This document shows, in pieces, positions 14,941-24,108 of a stretch of 32,000 bases of DNA. The notes below the pieces were generated by a model. That model saw only the letters and a program-made list of their open reading frames with translations, ran no database searches and was not told the DNA's origin. The translations under genes and the position numbers were made by a program. Positions within the stretch are counted from its first letter, which is position 1. Every line of letters starts with the position of its first letter. Source of the stretch: Patescibacteria group bacterium (GTDB taxonomy: Bacteria; Patescibacteriota; UBA1384; XYA2-FULL-43-10). The stretch covers positions 60,001-92,000 of the forward strand of contig JBAYVT010000005.1 in assembly GCA_041674405.1 (NCBI GenBank). Direction: 5' to 3'.

Positions 14941-16755
14941 TTAACTTTCAATTTTCAAAACTGCTTGCTTCAAAAGTTTTGAATATAGTACTAATCCAAC
15001 AGCTTCCATGTTGCCGTGTTGTTCGCGACCAAGAATATTCCCACCACCGCGGATTTCAAGATCGGACATTGCAATATTGAAACCTGAACCGAGCTCTGTG
15101 TTCTCCGCGAGTGATTGTAGCCTTTTAAATGCATTTACTGATAATTCTTTCTTGTATGTAAAAAGAGAATAAGCTTGCCGATCGGAACGGCCAATACGGC
15201 CTCGGATTTGGTAAAGTTGTGACAAACCAAACCTGTCGGCCTCTTCAATGATTAGCGTGTTCACGTTCGGTAAATCCAAGCCGTTCTCAATAATAGTCGA
15301 GCAAACCAGAATATCGACATCTCCTTTTGCAAACTCTGCCATGGTATTTGCCAAATCTTCTTCAGACATCTGGCCATGAGCGATTTGGATTTTGGCTTTG
15401 GGCAACATCCGCTGCAATTTTTCTCGTGTAGGAATGATTGTTTCCACCCTGTTGTGAAGATAATAAATTTGCCCGCCACGCTTAAGCTCTCGATCAGCAA
15501 ATTCGACAATGTCAGAATCATTAAATTTCGCAATTTTGGTCTCGATGCTTTTCCGACCTCTAGGCGGAGTATTGATTTCTGAAATATCGCGTATGCCGGA
15601 AAGCGAAAAATAAAGCGTGCGTGGAATCGGAGTAGCAGACAAGATCAAAACATTTAATTTTTCTGATAATTTTTTGAATTTCTCTTTTTGTTTAACGCCG
15701 AATCTCTGTTCCTCGTCAATAATGACAAGGTCTAGAGATTTAAACCTGACATCAGAAGATAAGAGCCGATGCGTACCAATCGCAATATCAGTAGAACCAC
15801 TTGAAATTGATTTAACTGTATTCTCCATGTCCTCCTTCGAAAGAAATCGGCTCAATTTTGCAATGTTCACGCCGGTATGTTCCAAGCGTTTGGTAAATGT
15901 CGCAAAATGCTGTTCAGTAAGAATTGTCGTTGGGCAAAGATATGCGACTTGATAACCATTGGCAACAGCCTGCAAAGCCGCTCGCAATGCGACTTCGGTC
16001 TTGCCATAGCCAACATCCCCGCAGATCAGTCGATCCATCGGTTTCATCGAACTAAGGTCCAAATAAATGTCATTGAGAGCTTTTTTCTGGTCGGGCGTCT
16101 CGGTATATGGAAATGTTTTTAAAGCCTCTTTCTCGATGATTTTGTCAATGTTATACGCAGGTTTTTTAATCAACTCCCTTTTGGCATAAATGGCAAGAAG
16201 TTCTTTTGCCAACTTAAGAGCGCTTTCATATATTCTTTGTTTGGTTCTTTGCCAAGTAATACTTCCTAATTTATTTAATTTCGGCTTTCGCCTTCCAACC
16301 CCGACATAAGGGCTGACCCGATCGATTTCACGGAGCGGAACATAAAGATAATCATCATTGAGATAAGCAATAAATATATATGGTTTAAAAACTTCACCGA
16401 TCTTTTTTAGGCCGATTCTCCGAAAAATTCCAACACCATGATCAATATGTACAACATAATCATCCGGTTTAACTTTTGTGCCATTTGGGAATCGTAAAAT
16501 GTTTTCATCAATAATTATTGATGAAACTTGTGTTGTTTTTTCATTTACCGTTGATGTAATCGACTCAACCTGATCACCAAAAAAACTGATTTTACAGACA
16601 CCTAAACTATTGGTCGGATAAATTGTAAGAAGATCTCCAATCAATTTGTATTCGCCCGGTTCCGCAACCTTCTCCGCTTTCTGATAACCGGATTCTTCTA
16701 ATTGTATGATTAAATCATACAATTTGTATTTTTTACCAAAACTAATCTCTTCCAT
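14941..16755 (-). CDS. mfd: transcription-repair coupling factor, short form (RNAP-interacting domain plus translocase only)
   Basis: It has a CarD/TRCF-like segment (YVVHIDHGVGIF), helicase motif I (GDVGYGKTEVALRA), motif II (DEEQRFGV) and a TRG-like motif (IRGGGNILGREQHG). At 604 aa it is far shorter than the canonical Mfd, which as I recall is roughly twice as long. Most of the UvrB-homology N-terminus and the C-terminal domain are absent. Confidence 0.85.
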   Translation of the reverse strand: MEEISFGKKYKLYDLIIQLEESGYQKAEKVAEPGEYKLIGDLLTIYPTNSLGVCKISFFGDQVESITSTVNEKTTQVSSIIIDENILRFPNGTKVKPDDYVVHIDHGVGIFRRIGLKKIGEVFKPYIFIAYLNDDYLYVPLREIDRVSPYVGVGRRKPKLNKLGSITWQRTKQRIYESALKLAKELLAIYAKRELIKKPAYNIDKIIEKEALKTFPYTETPDQKKALNDIYLDLSSMKPMDRLICGDVGYGKTEVALRAALQAVANGYQVAYLCPTTILTEQHFATFTKRLEHTGVNIAKLSRFLSKEDMENTVKSISSGSTDIAIGTHRLLSSDVRFKSLDLVIIDEEQRFGVKQKEKFKKLSEKLNVLILSATPIPRTLYFSLSGIRDISEINTPPRGRKSIETKIAKFNDSDIVEFADRELKRGGQIYYLHNRVETIIPTREKLQRMLPKAKIQIAHGQMSEEDLANTMAEFAKGDVDILVCSTIIENGLDLPNVNTLIIEEADRFGLSQLYQIRGRIGRSDRQAYSLFTYKKELSVNAFKRLQSLAENTELGSGFNIAMSDLEIRGGGNILGREQHGNMEAVGLVLYSKLLKQAVLKIES

Positions 16756-16800
16756 ATTTGAAATAACTTATGTAATCTGATAATGTATATGCATAATCTT

Positions 16801-16894
16801 CTTAGTGCTATCTGCGATTATAAGCCTTTGCCCCTCCTTTGGCTAGTCTACCTTAAGACCTACGGTCTTGGGCGGACTCGTAGATAGCACTAAG
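16801..16894. ncRNA. candidate structured RNA or palindromic element (unclassified)
   Basis: A 13-bp perfect closing helix (cttagtgctatct at 16801-16813 pairs with agatagcactaag at 16882-16894) continues for 3 more bp after a mismatch. Inside it is a hairpin: aagacc (16855-16860), tac, ggtctt (16864-16869). G+C is higher than in the flanks. It lies between the rplK terminator and the mfd start. Confidence 0.25.
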
Positions 16895-16903
16895 CATGTT
16901 AAT

Positions 16904-16932
16904 AAAAATCTCGTATCAATTACGAGATTTTT
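16904..16932 (-). terminator. rho-independent terminator after rplK
   Basis: A perfect 12-bp stem (aaaaatctcgta at 16904-16915 pairs with tacgagattttt at 16921-16932) closes a 5-nt loop. A U-run follows on the minus strand. It is about 50 nt past the rplK stop. Confidence 0.7.
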
Positions 16933-16983
16933 ATTTATTCGATTTTCCTTTGTGCTATTCTGTATTACAAAATTCTGTGTTCG

Positions 16984-17412
16984 TTACTTCTTCTCGACTT
17001 CGATTCCCATACTTCTAGCAGTGCCAGCAATAACTTTCATTGCAGCAGAAACATCATTTGCATTTAGATCAGCCATTTTTTCTTCAGCAATCTGCTTCAA
17101 TTTTTCTTGTGAGATTTTCGCGACTTTGTCCTTTTTCGAGTTCGCAGCCCCACTCTGAATATTACAAGCTTTTTTAAGGAGGATTGCCGCTGGGGGGGTT
17201 TTCAAAATAAAGGTAAAGGTTCGATCTTCGTAAATCGTAATTTCAACCGGAATAATAGTGTCACCTTTTTCTCGAGTTTGCTCATTAAAAGCTTGGCAAA
17301 ATTCCATGATGTTTACACCATGTTGGCCAAGGGCTGGTCCAACCGGGGGGGCAGGATTTGCTTTTCCGGCAGGGCATTGCAGTTTTACAATTGTTTTTAC
17401 TTTTTTTGCCAT
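16984..17412 (-). CDS. rplK: 50S ribosomal protein L11
   Basis: The N-terminus [43 protein letters not shown] is canonical for L11. Confidence 0.95.
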   Translation of the reverse strand: MAKKVKTIVKLQCPAGKANPAPPVGPALGQHGVNIMEFCQAFNEQTREKGDTIIPVEITIYEDRTFTFILKTPPAAILLKKACNIQSGAANSKKDKVAKISQEKLKQIAEEKMADLNANDVSAAMKVIAGTARSMGIEVEKK

Positions 17413-17453
17413 AACATTTACCTAAGATATTAGTTTTAAGTTATTAGTTAATA

Positions 17454-18131
17454 TTACACTTTTTTAACTTGCAAGAAGTCTAAGTTTACAGGTGTTTCAC
17501 GACCAAACATATTAACAAGCACTTTGACAGAACCTTTGTCTTGGTTAATTTCTTCAACCTTACCTTCAAATCCCTTGAGTGCCCCATCGGTAATACGAAC
17601 CAATTCGCCTTCTTTGAAATCGACTTTATACTTTGGTTCTTCAACACCCATTCGTTTCTTGATTCTGCCAATTTCATCCTTCGACATCGGGGTTGGGCGA
17701 ACGCCGAATCCAATAAATCCGGTAACATTCGGAGTGTTTCGAACAACATACCAAGAATCATCAGTTACAATCATGTCAACAAGGACATATCCTGGGAAAA
17801 TTCTTTTTTCAACGGTTCGTCTTTTACCATTTCTGATTTCGATTTGCTTTTCTTTTGGAACAATGACATCAAAAATTTTATCAGCCATGCCAAGAGATTC
17901 GATTCTCTGTTTAAGGGAATCAGCAACTTGTTCCTCGTATCCAGAATAAGTGTGAATTACATACCAGTTACGCTCGCCAGACTGCTTTAAGGTTAGAAAG
18001 CTTTTCTTTTCTTCGTCGGCTTGTGGTGATGGCTCTTCTTCCTTGAGAATCATCTCTTCGGTTTCACTCTCGCCCGAAACCTTATCGACAGAAACAGGCT
18101 CTTCAATTTTTTCAATTTTTTCTTCTGCCAT
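17454..18131 (-). CDS. nusG: transcription antitermination factor NusG with an acidic N-terminal extension of about 55 aa
   Basis: The NGN domain starts at WYVIHTYSGYEEQV. The KOW motif is GELVRITDGALKGFEGKVEEI. Confidence 0.9.
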   Translation of the reverse strand: MAEEKIEKIEEPVSVDKVSGESETEEMILKEEEPSPQADEEKKSFLTLKQSGERNWYVIHTYSGYEEQVADSLKQRIESLGMADKIFDVIVPKEKQIEIRNGKRRTVEKRIFPGYVLVDMIVTDDSWYVVRNTPNVTGFIGFGVRPTPMSKDEIGRIKKRMGVEEPKYKVDFKEGELVRITDGALKGFEGKVEEINQDKGSVKVLVNMFGRETPVNLDFLQVKKV

Positions 18132-18138
18132 AAATCCC

Positions 18139-18339
18139 CTATTGTTTTAAGGAAATTATATATGAAATTAAACTTGACAATCCCTGATCTATCGCCGTAA
18201 CTATCAGCACCGCAACTATCGAGGAAACAATGACAATCAAAGTATGATTAATTACATCCTTACGGCTAGGCCAAGTAACCTTATTAAGCTCCTTCCATAC
18301 TTCTGAAAAATATTTCGGGATCCTATTTATAAATGTCAT
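18139..18339 (-). CDS. secE: preprotein translocase subunit SecE
   Basis: A 66-aa ORF with a single C-terminal TM helix and ELNKVTWPSRKDV, in the conserved position upstream of nusG. Confidence 0.8.
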   Translation of the reverse strand: MTFINRIPKYFSEVWKELNKVTWPSRKDVINHTLIVIVSSIVAVLIVTAIDQGLSSLISYIISLKQ

Positions 18340-18653
18340 TTGGACTCTATTTTATTAATTTGAACCTTTAAATACGAACTTCTTGACCCGGCAGTTCGCT
18401 TGTATCTCTTCTTTGCTCGGAACTTCAAGATGCGAACTTTGTCCGTTCTGCCAGTTTCTAGAATTTCTCCTTCGACTTTGGCATTTTTTATCTCCGGTTT
18501 ACCGATTTCCGTTTTTTTATCATCAGAAACAAGCAAAACCGAATCAAAAATGATTTTCTTGTTCTTGTCATCGTAATCAGACATCGGTAGATTGATAGTT
18601 GTCCCTTCGGACACCTTGTACTGATTGTTTTTGTAAGAAATTATTGCAAACAT
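18336..18653 (-). CDS. rplU: 50S ribosomal protein L21
   Basis: MFAIISYKNNQYKVSEG...KFRAKKRYKRTAGSRSSYLKVQINKI matches the L21 pattern. It overlaps secE by 4 nt. Confidence 0.9.
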   Translation of the reverse strand: MFAIISYKNNQYKVSEGTTINLPMSDYDDKNKKIIFDSVLLVSDDKKTEIGKPEIKNAKVEGEILETGRTDKVRILKFRAKKRYKRTAGSRSSYLKVQINKIESK

Positions 18654-18695
18654 CGGTACTCCAAATTAAAAAAGACCTGCGGTCCACTTGGTAAA

Positions 18696-18725
18696 AGTGT
18701 ATCATAAGGCCCTAATAAAAGTCAA
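18696..18725 (-). promoter_or_regulatory. candidate promoter for the rplU-secE-nusG-rplK block
   Basis: The minus strand reads TTGACT (plus 18720-18725), an 18-nt spacer, then TACACT (plus 18696-18701), about 40 nt upstream of the rplU ATG. Confidence 0.3.
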
Positions 18726-18745
18726 GTGAATTAACACCCATACCC

Positions 18746-19864
18746 CTATTTGAAGAATTTTTGTTTTTCTTTCTGATATATACTCTGTATTAAACCAAGT
18801 GCACTAAAACTAATAACTAGAGATGTTCCCCCGTAACTCATAAATGGCAAAGGTATTCCTGTAACTGGTAAAAGGCCCAAATTCATTCCGATATTAACTG
18901 CTGTTTGAAAAAGAAACATTGCACCAATCCCACATGCCAAAAAAAGTCCGTAATAATCTTTTGAATATGAGGCGATCGAAAAAATCCTAATTATCATAAA
19001 CAAAAATATTGCCACTATCAAAACTGAACCCAAAAAACCCAGGGCCTCTGAAGTACCAGCAAAAATAAAATCAGTATGTGGCTCTGGTAAAAATTTAAGT
19101 TGGCTTTGCGATCCTTGGCCCAATCCTTGCCCCAGAAGGCCACCTGAGCCAATGGAAATTTCTGCTTGTTTTACATTGTATCCATTCCCGTACGGATCGT
19201 TCTGGGGATTAATGAAAGTCATCACCCTATTCCGCTGATAAGTTTTAAGTAGTTTTCCGAAGGGAGCAACATTATTTACGGATAAAATAAAGGATCCTAA
19301 AAATAAGGCTAGAATTATAAATATTACGGCATACTGCTTGACAGTCGGTTTTGAAATAACCAACAAAATTGTATAAATAAATGCTACAACAAGCGCAGTG
19401 CCAAGATCGGGCTCTTTTAAAATCAGAAGTAGAGGTGGAACCATTAGAACAAGTGACCATAAATAATCTTTTATATTGAGTTTTCCCACGCGTTTATAAA
19501 AAAAGGAGGAAAGAGCGAATATCAAAGAAATCTTGGCAACTTCAGAGGGCTGAAGCCGAAAGAAGCCAAGATCAATCCACCTGGTAGCCCCCTTTGCCGT
19601 TGCACCCATCATGTCTACAATAATAAGAAGCAAAAGCGCCACGAAATAAAAAATCCACCACACATTCTTGAAGCTTCTATAATCCGAAAAAGCAAGCACG
19701 AACATCGCCCCAAGACCAAGTAAAGCACATAGACCCTGTTTAAATGCCAAGGTGGCATCTCCGCCAGCATATACTAAACTATAAATTACCGATACGCCAA
19801 TCGCACACAGAATGATTGGCCCGATAAACAAACCCAGATCAAAATTTTTGAGCTTTGTTAACAT
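18746..19864 (-). CDS. SEDS-family peptidoglycan polymerase (RodA/FtsW)
   Basis: A polytopic membrane protein with PSEVAKI and LPEPHTDFIFA motifs. Confidence 0.85.
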   Translation of the reverse strand: MLTKLKNFDLGLFIGPIILCAIGVSVIYSLVYAGGDATLAFKQGLCALLGLGAMFVLAFSDYRSFKNVWWIFYFVALLLLIIVDMMGATAKGATRWIDLGFFRLQPSEVAKISLIFALSSFFYKRVGKLNIKDYLWSLVLMVPPLLLILKEPDLGTALVVAFIYTILLVISKPTVKQYAVIFIILALFLGSFILSVNNVAPFGKLLKTYQRNRVMTFINPQNDPYGNGYNVKQAEISIGSGGLLGQGLGQGSQSQLKFLPEPHTDFIFAGTSEALGFLGSVLIVAIFLFMIIRIFSIASYSKDYYGLFLACGIGAMFLFQTAVNIGMNLGLLPVTGIPLPFMSYGGTSLVISFSALGLIQSIYQKEKQKFFK

Positions 19865-19870
19865 GTTGGC

Positions 19871-20125
19871 CTAAATCATTATTTCAATTAACTTTTGGGC
19901 TGTTTTCTCGCCTTTAACGATCCTTATAGCGGACGGATTAGTGTTGAAATATTCAGCAATCGATCTAATCACCGCCTTATTCGCTTTGCCTTCAACTGGT
20001 TTTTCGTTGATCCAAATTTTAAAAATGCCGTCATTCTCGAGAATCTTCGGTTTTTTTGAATTAGTAATTACTTTAACTGAAATTATTTTAGTGTTATTTT
20101 TTACATTTTTCATCGAGTGCTTCAT
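19871..20125 (-). CDS. DUF167 (YggU-like) protein
   Basis: The pattern KPVEGKANKAVIRSIAEYF...IRIVKGEKTAQKLIEI is typical of UPF0235/DUF167. The start codon is uncertain; an alternative Met lies 4 codons in. Confidence 0.65.
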   Translation of the reverse strand: MKHSMKNVKNNTKIISVKVITNSKKPKILENDGIFKIWINEKPVEGKANKAVIRSIAEYFNTNPSAIRIVKGEKTAQKLIEIMI

Positions 20126-20534
20126 TTACTAGCCTATCAGCCCTCTTGTTTTGTTCGCGTGGCACGTATGTAAAAATTAATTTTATGTGAAACTTGCACT
20201 TGATCTTATTCAACGAATCCAAAAGAATACTTATGCCCTCATTTTTTACCTTGTAATTTCCGTTGATTTGTTCAACTACCAGCTGGCTATCTAGCCGGCA
20301 AACAACTTCTGAATCAGGATTGTTGTTGTTTTTTAGCCACTTGCTTTTCTCGAGAATTAGAAGTGCTTTGAGAATCGCACGATATTCAGCCTGATTATTG
20401 GTAGTATTGCCGATAAATTCTTTATAAGAATGGATTTCAACTTCATTTTCATCATAAAAAACCACTCCGATGCCTGCCGGACCCGGATTTCCTCTTGCCC
20501 CGCCGTCGGTATTTATATAGATCTTCGGCATCAA
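20094..20534 (-). CDS. rnhA: ribonuclease HI family protein
   Basis: TDGGARGNPGPAGIGVV and NNQAEYRAILKAL are catalytic-region motifs. The C-terminal N..AD motif (NKRADRLVNEAL) is also present. Confidence 0.8.
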   Translation of the reverse strand: MMPKIYINTDGGARGNPGPAGIGVVFYDENEVEIHSYKEFIGNTTNNQAEYRAILKALLILEKSKWLKNNNNPDSEVVCRLDSQLVVEQINGNYKVKNEGISILLDSLNKIKCKFHIKLIFTYVPREQNKRADRLVNEALDEKCKK

Positions 20535-21511
20535 ATTCCCAATCCAACAGCCTTATGCACCCTTCCAAGGGTTTCTGTGGCAATAGGCCAAACTTTATTG
20601 GCTCCTTCGTTCAATAATTCCTTGATTTCAGATTCACTTGATATTATTTTGTTGTATTTTTCCTGTATTGGGCGCAAATATTCAATAATGACTTCAGTCA
20701 AAGATTCCTTGAATTCCTTGTACCCTTTGCCGACAAACTCCCCTTCGATTGAGCTAATTTCTTTTCCGGTGACCTCGTGATAAATGTTCAATAAATTGGT
20801 GATCGCAGGCCTTTCTGTTCCAGATTTAACTTCCGATCCAGAATCGGTAACCGCGCGCATTATTTTTTGCTTGACAATGTCCGCTGTGTCAAACATTGAG
20901 ATATAGTTGTTTGGGGTTGAAGATGATTTACTCATTTTCTTTTCCGGGTTATCAAGACCCATAATTCGGGCGGATGTTTTTTTAATTAGTGGCTCAGGTA
21001 TAGTAAATATTTGGCCAAATTTGCTATTGAATCGAATGGCAATGTCACGGGTTAGCTCAACATGCTGTTTTTGATCATCACCAACAGGCACATGGGTTGT
21101 CCCATAAAGAAGAATATCGGCCGCCATAAGGACGGGGTAATCGAACAAACCGGCAGAAACCGAGTCAGAATCGCCTCCTTTATCTTTAAATTGGGTCATT
21201 CGTTTAAGTTCGCCAATATTTGTAAAACAATTCAAGATCCAGGCAAGTTCGGAATGTTCCGGTCTTTGAGACTGGACAAATAGAGATGATTTTTTAGGAT
21301 CAATTCCTGCTGCCAAATAAAGCGCAGCCAAAGATATGATATTTTTCTGAAGCTCCTCGGGGTCTTTTGGTACAGTTATGGCATGAAGATCAACAATACA
21401 AAAAATAGATTGCTCGGCATCATTTTGAAGATCAATCCATTGTTTAATTGCACCCAAATAATTTCCGATGTGTATTTGCCCTGTTGGCTGTATACCAGAA
21501 AAGATCTTCAT
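20531..21511 (-). CDS. trpS: tryptophanyl-tRNA synthetase
   Basis: It has FSGIQPTGQIHIGNYLGA (HIGH-type), KMSKS, and the length typical of TrpRS. Confidence 0.95.
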   Translation of the reverse strand: MKIFSGIQPTGQIHIGNYLGAIKQWIDLQNDAEQSIFCIVDLHAITVPKDPEELQKNIISLAALYLAAGIDPKKSSLFVQSQRPEHSELAWILNCFTNIGELKRMTQFKDKGGDSDSVSAGLFDYPVLMAADILLYGTTHVPVGDDQKQHVELTRDIAIRFNSKFGQIFTIPEPLIKKTSARIMGLDNPEKKMSKSSSTPNNYISMFDTADIVKQKIMRAVTDSGSEVKSGTERPAITNLLNIYHEVTGKEISSIEGEFVGKGYKEFKESLTEVIIEYLRPIQEKYNKIISSESEIKELLNEGANKVWPIATETLGRVHKAVGLGI

Positions 21512-21583
21512 TTTGATCCTAAAATTAATGTTAAAAAAATAGAATTTAACTTTATACTATACAAGTTCGTATGAAAATTCAAA

Positions 21584-22312
21584 CTATGGGTTATAGTCTC
21601 GGCTCTCAACACTCGTTTTGATTTCAGCCTGAGCACGATAATTGGGCAGTAAATTGTCATAATCTTTTGATTGTGCAAAGATCCCTATCCTTACAAATGG
21701 CTGCTGAATTCCAGACGAAGCCATAAACCCCCAAAATCTGGCATTGAGGCTTACTTCATTATTTACTATTTCCTCTCTAAAATTTTGGTTTGTGTTCAAA
21801 TTTATCGTGCCTTTCCATTCATTACTAGAAACTTCATCAGAAATCGTATATTCGCGACGATAAAGGTCATGATCGCCACTTGCAGTCACCAGCGTTCTGT
21901 AGAGTATTATTTTACTATCAGTTTTTTTAAGTACTCCAAGAGAATAATAGTTATTTGAATTGTAGTTGATTGTCTCATCTGGGTTTGTTCCGCCTGGCCT
22001 AACAATATTTCCAGAAGTCGTGGAAAAACTGCCAGACTGATCGGTTTGGACCAAAAACACATCCCTAACAAGCACATCTGCGGTAGTACCCGCCGTGATT
22101 TTTACGCTGCCGTTTGAAAGCCTCACGTCATCTGAAATTTTCATCATAGTACCCCTAGCCTCGGACAGAGAATTTCTGGTTTCCCTAATTTTTGCATTAT
22201 ATGAGGAAGTCATAGAAAAAACAGCTGTTGCCATGATCATAATAATGGCAAAAATTGTCGATGCAATCAGTATTTCTATGAGTGTAAAACCTTTTTTGTG
22301 TGAATTTGTCAT
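21584..22312 (-). CDS. prepilin-type N-terminal cleavage/methylation domain protein (minor pilin-like)
   Basis: It has a class III signal, KKG/FTLIEILIASTIFAIIM, with Glu at +5. Confidence 0.7.
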   Translation of the reverse strand: MTNSHKKGFTLIEILIASTIFAIIMIMATAVFSMTSSYNAKIRETRNSLSEARGTMMKISDDVRLSNGSVKITAGTTADVLVRDVFLVQTDQSGSFSTTSGNIVRPGGTNPDETINYNSNNYYSLGVLKKTDSKIILYRTLVTASGDHDLYRREYTISDEVSSNEWKGTINLNTNQNFREEIVNNEVSLNARFWGFMASSGIQQPFVRIGIFAQSKDYDNLLPNYRAQAEIKTSVESRDYNP

Positions 22313-22315
22313 ATG

Positions 22316-22912
22316 CTAAAAATTAGGATGTGAATTAGTAATAAGCTCGTCAATCAAAACAGACTTGCTATTATTATCGCCCCAGGTTATCGTGCAAGTT
22401 GCAATTATGGCATTGTTATTATCGACGGTGATATTATTTCCTAAACCATCTGTAACATTGTCGATATCCTCTGCAGCCTTGAAAATAATGGTTCGCGTAA
22501 ATTTGTTTCCATCTAGCGGTACTTCTCCAGTGATTCCGGATCCATCTTTTTCAACTAATTTTGAACGATTTGGATAATTGGGAGCCGGAGTAGAACTCGC
22601 GGCCTTAAAGTCAAAAACATATTCGGTATTTAGTTTTGGCTTATTGTCAGCAATATTTTCCAATACGAAGGAATTCCATTTTGTAGAGGGGTCATTGTCA
22701 ATGTAATTGGTATCGCGAATCTGCCTTAACATTTCAATCCCCTGTTGTGCTAAAAATGTGGCTTGAGCTCTTTGCTTAGTCAAACTCAAGTTGTTTAGAA
22801 CCGTCTTGCCAAGCACAACAAGAGCACCAAGCATGGTGATAATAATAACTCCAGCCAGTAATACTTCTAGCAAACCAAAGCCTTTAGTTTTTGTGACGAG
22901 CATTTTTTTCAT
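22316..22912 (-). CDS. prepilin-type protein (minor pilin-like)
   Basis: TKG/FGLLEVLLAGVIIITMLGALVVL has Glu at +5 after the predicted cleavage Gly. Confidence 0.65.
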   Translation of the reverse strand: MKKMLVTKTKGFGLLEVLLAGVIIITMLGALVVLGKTVLNNLSLTKQRAQATFLAQQGIEMLRQIRDTNYIDNDPSTKWNSFVLENIADNKPKLNTEYVFDFKAASSTPAPNYPNRSKLVEKDGSGITGEVPLDGNKFTRTIIFKAAEDIDNVTDGLGNNITVDNNNAIIATCTITWGDNNSKSVLIDELITNSHPNF

Positions 22913-23436
22913 TGCATAATGGTATTATTTTTTGCCGAATAAGGCTCTGCGGTGACTACGACCCGTTGTTCGCGCGTTGTTCTGTTTGAACCTATAGTAA
23001 TGCTTGTACTTGGTAAATTATTATTGATTTTAAAATTTCCGGGGTAATAAGAGTATGTAAAACCCAAATCCGATCCGGTACCGAAAACTACATTCATTCC
23101 AGTAAAGTCTACAATGTCTTTGGAGTCAGTTATAGAAGTAGGCGCAAGATCACAATCCTCTTTTGTGCTATTGATCTGCCCGTACTGAATATTCATACTT
23201 GTTCCATCGGGGTTTTGAGTAAATATAATCCTGGCACAATTTTGGTTTTGTTGGGGATTTTGTGAATATGCATAGGCGCGATCCAGCAGCGCTTTCACCT
23301 CGTCTGCCTTTAATACGACTTCCTGCCTGGCCCCAAAATTTTGATATGCCGGAATAGCTGCCGCAGCCATTAACAAAATAATCGCAATCACTATCAATAT
23401 TTCAATTAATGTAAAGGCTCTTTTTTTAAAACTCAT
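22909..23436 (-). CDS. prepilin-type protein (minor pilin-like)
   Basis: It has the signal KKRA/FTLIEILIVIAIILLMAAAAIPAY. It overlaps the downstream gene by 4 nt. Confidence 0.7.
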   Translation of the reverse strand: MSFKKRAFTLIEILIVIAIILLMAAAAIPAYQNFGARQEVVLKADEVKALLDRAYAYSQNPQQNQNCARIIFTQNPDGTSMNIQYGQINSTKEDCDLAPTSITDSKDIVDFTGMNVVFGTGSDLGFTYSYYPGNFKINNNLPSTSITIGSNRTTREQRVVVTAEPYSAKNNTIMQ

Positions 23437-23460
23437 TTTTAACCAAAATTAACAATATTG

Positions 23461-24108
23461 TCATGGCGCACTAACAAGATTTGAACCGACGAAAAATATT
23501 TCTGGATATTCCGGTGATGTATAGGCGCTGGAAAAATCTTTGAGCGATTCAGATGCGGACAGTGCCATCGCTTGCCCTTGTGTATCGCGGAGTGTTTGGC
23601 TGAAAAATTTCCTACCATTCCCATCATTTGCGATTTCAAGGTGAGCGGCTAATACATAAGAATATTTCGATGTAAGATAGGTGTAAAAATATTCATTCGG
23701 ATCCGCATGCCAAGTTACATGGTTTTGGGTATTATCTTTTTGTTTAGGATCTTCCGCCATAGGAAGGGGAATATATCCGTTGAGAAGCCCATTGAGACCG
23801 CTAGACCAGCGATTAGTATTGGGTCCACCATCCGGGTTTGACAATGAATTACAGCTTCTTACCCGATACCAATTTTGGCCGGCTGGAACATTTACTGCAT
23901 CATATGGATATACCCTTCTATCGGCATGAAATGCTTCAATTGCCGCAGCAATTGCCTGAATATCAGCCTTTCTCTTGTTGTCCCGCGCTTTTGCCTGGGC
24001 ATTGGTATATGAAATGATAATAATTGTTGCAAGAATCCCAATAATTGCAACTACGACAAGCAGCTCAATTAATGTAAATGCCCTTGATTTTGCTAAATGC
24101 CGTCTCAT
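23461..24108 (-). CDS. type IV pilin / pseudopilin (PulG-like N-terminus)
   Basis: The N-terminus is [43 protein letters not shown]. Confidence 0.8.
   Translation of the reverse strand: MRRHLAKSRAFTLIELLVVVAIIGILATIIIISYTNAQAKARDNKRKADIQAIAAAIEAFHADRRVYPYDAVNVPAGQNWYRVRSCNSLSNPDGGPNTNRWSSGLNGLLNGYIPLPMAEDPKQKDNTQNHVTWHADPNEYFYTYLTSKYSYVLAAHLEIANDGNGRKFFSQTLRDTQGQAMALSASESLKDFSSAYTSPEYPEIFFVGSNLVSAP

Noticed and set aside
16801-16894. tRNA or small SRP RNA identity for the palindromic element.
   Set aside because: The closing helix is 13+ bp where an acceptor stem would be 7 bp, and there is no T-loop GTTCRA motif. The apical hairpin has a 3-nt loop rather than a GNRA tetraloop, and the conserved SRP asymmetric-loop sequence is absent.
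15261-18000. ORFs overlapping mfd, rplK and nusG (15261-15533 minus, 15376-15582, 15617-15952, 15877-16122, 16868-17158, 17486-17761 minus, 17524-17949, 17541-17990).
   Set aside because: They are shadow frames of confidently identified conserved genes, and none has independent support.
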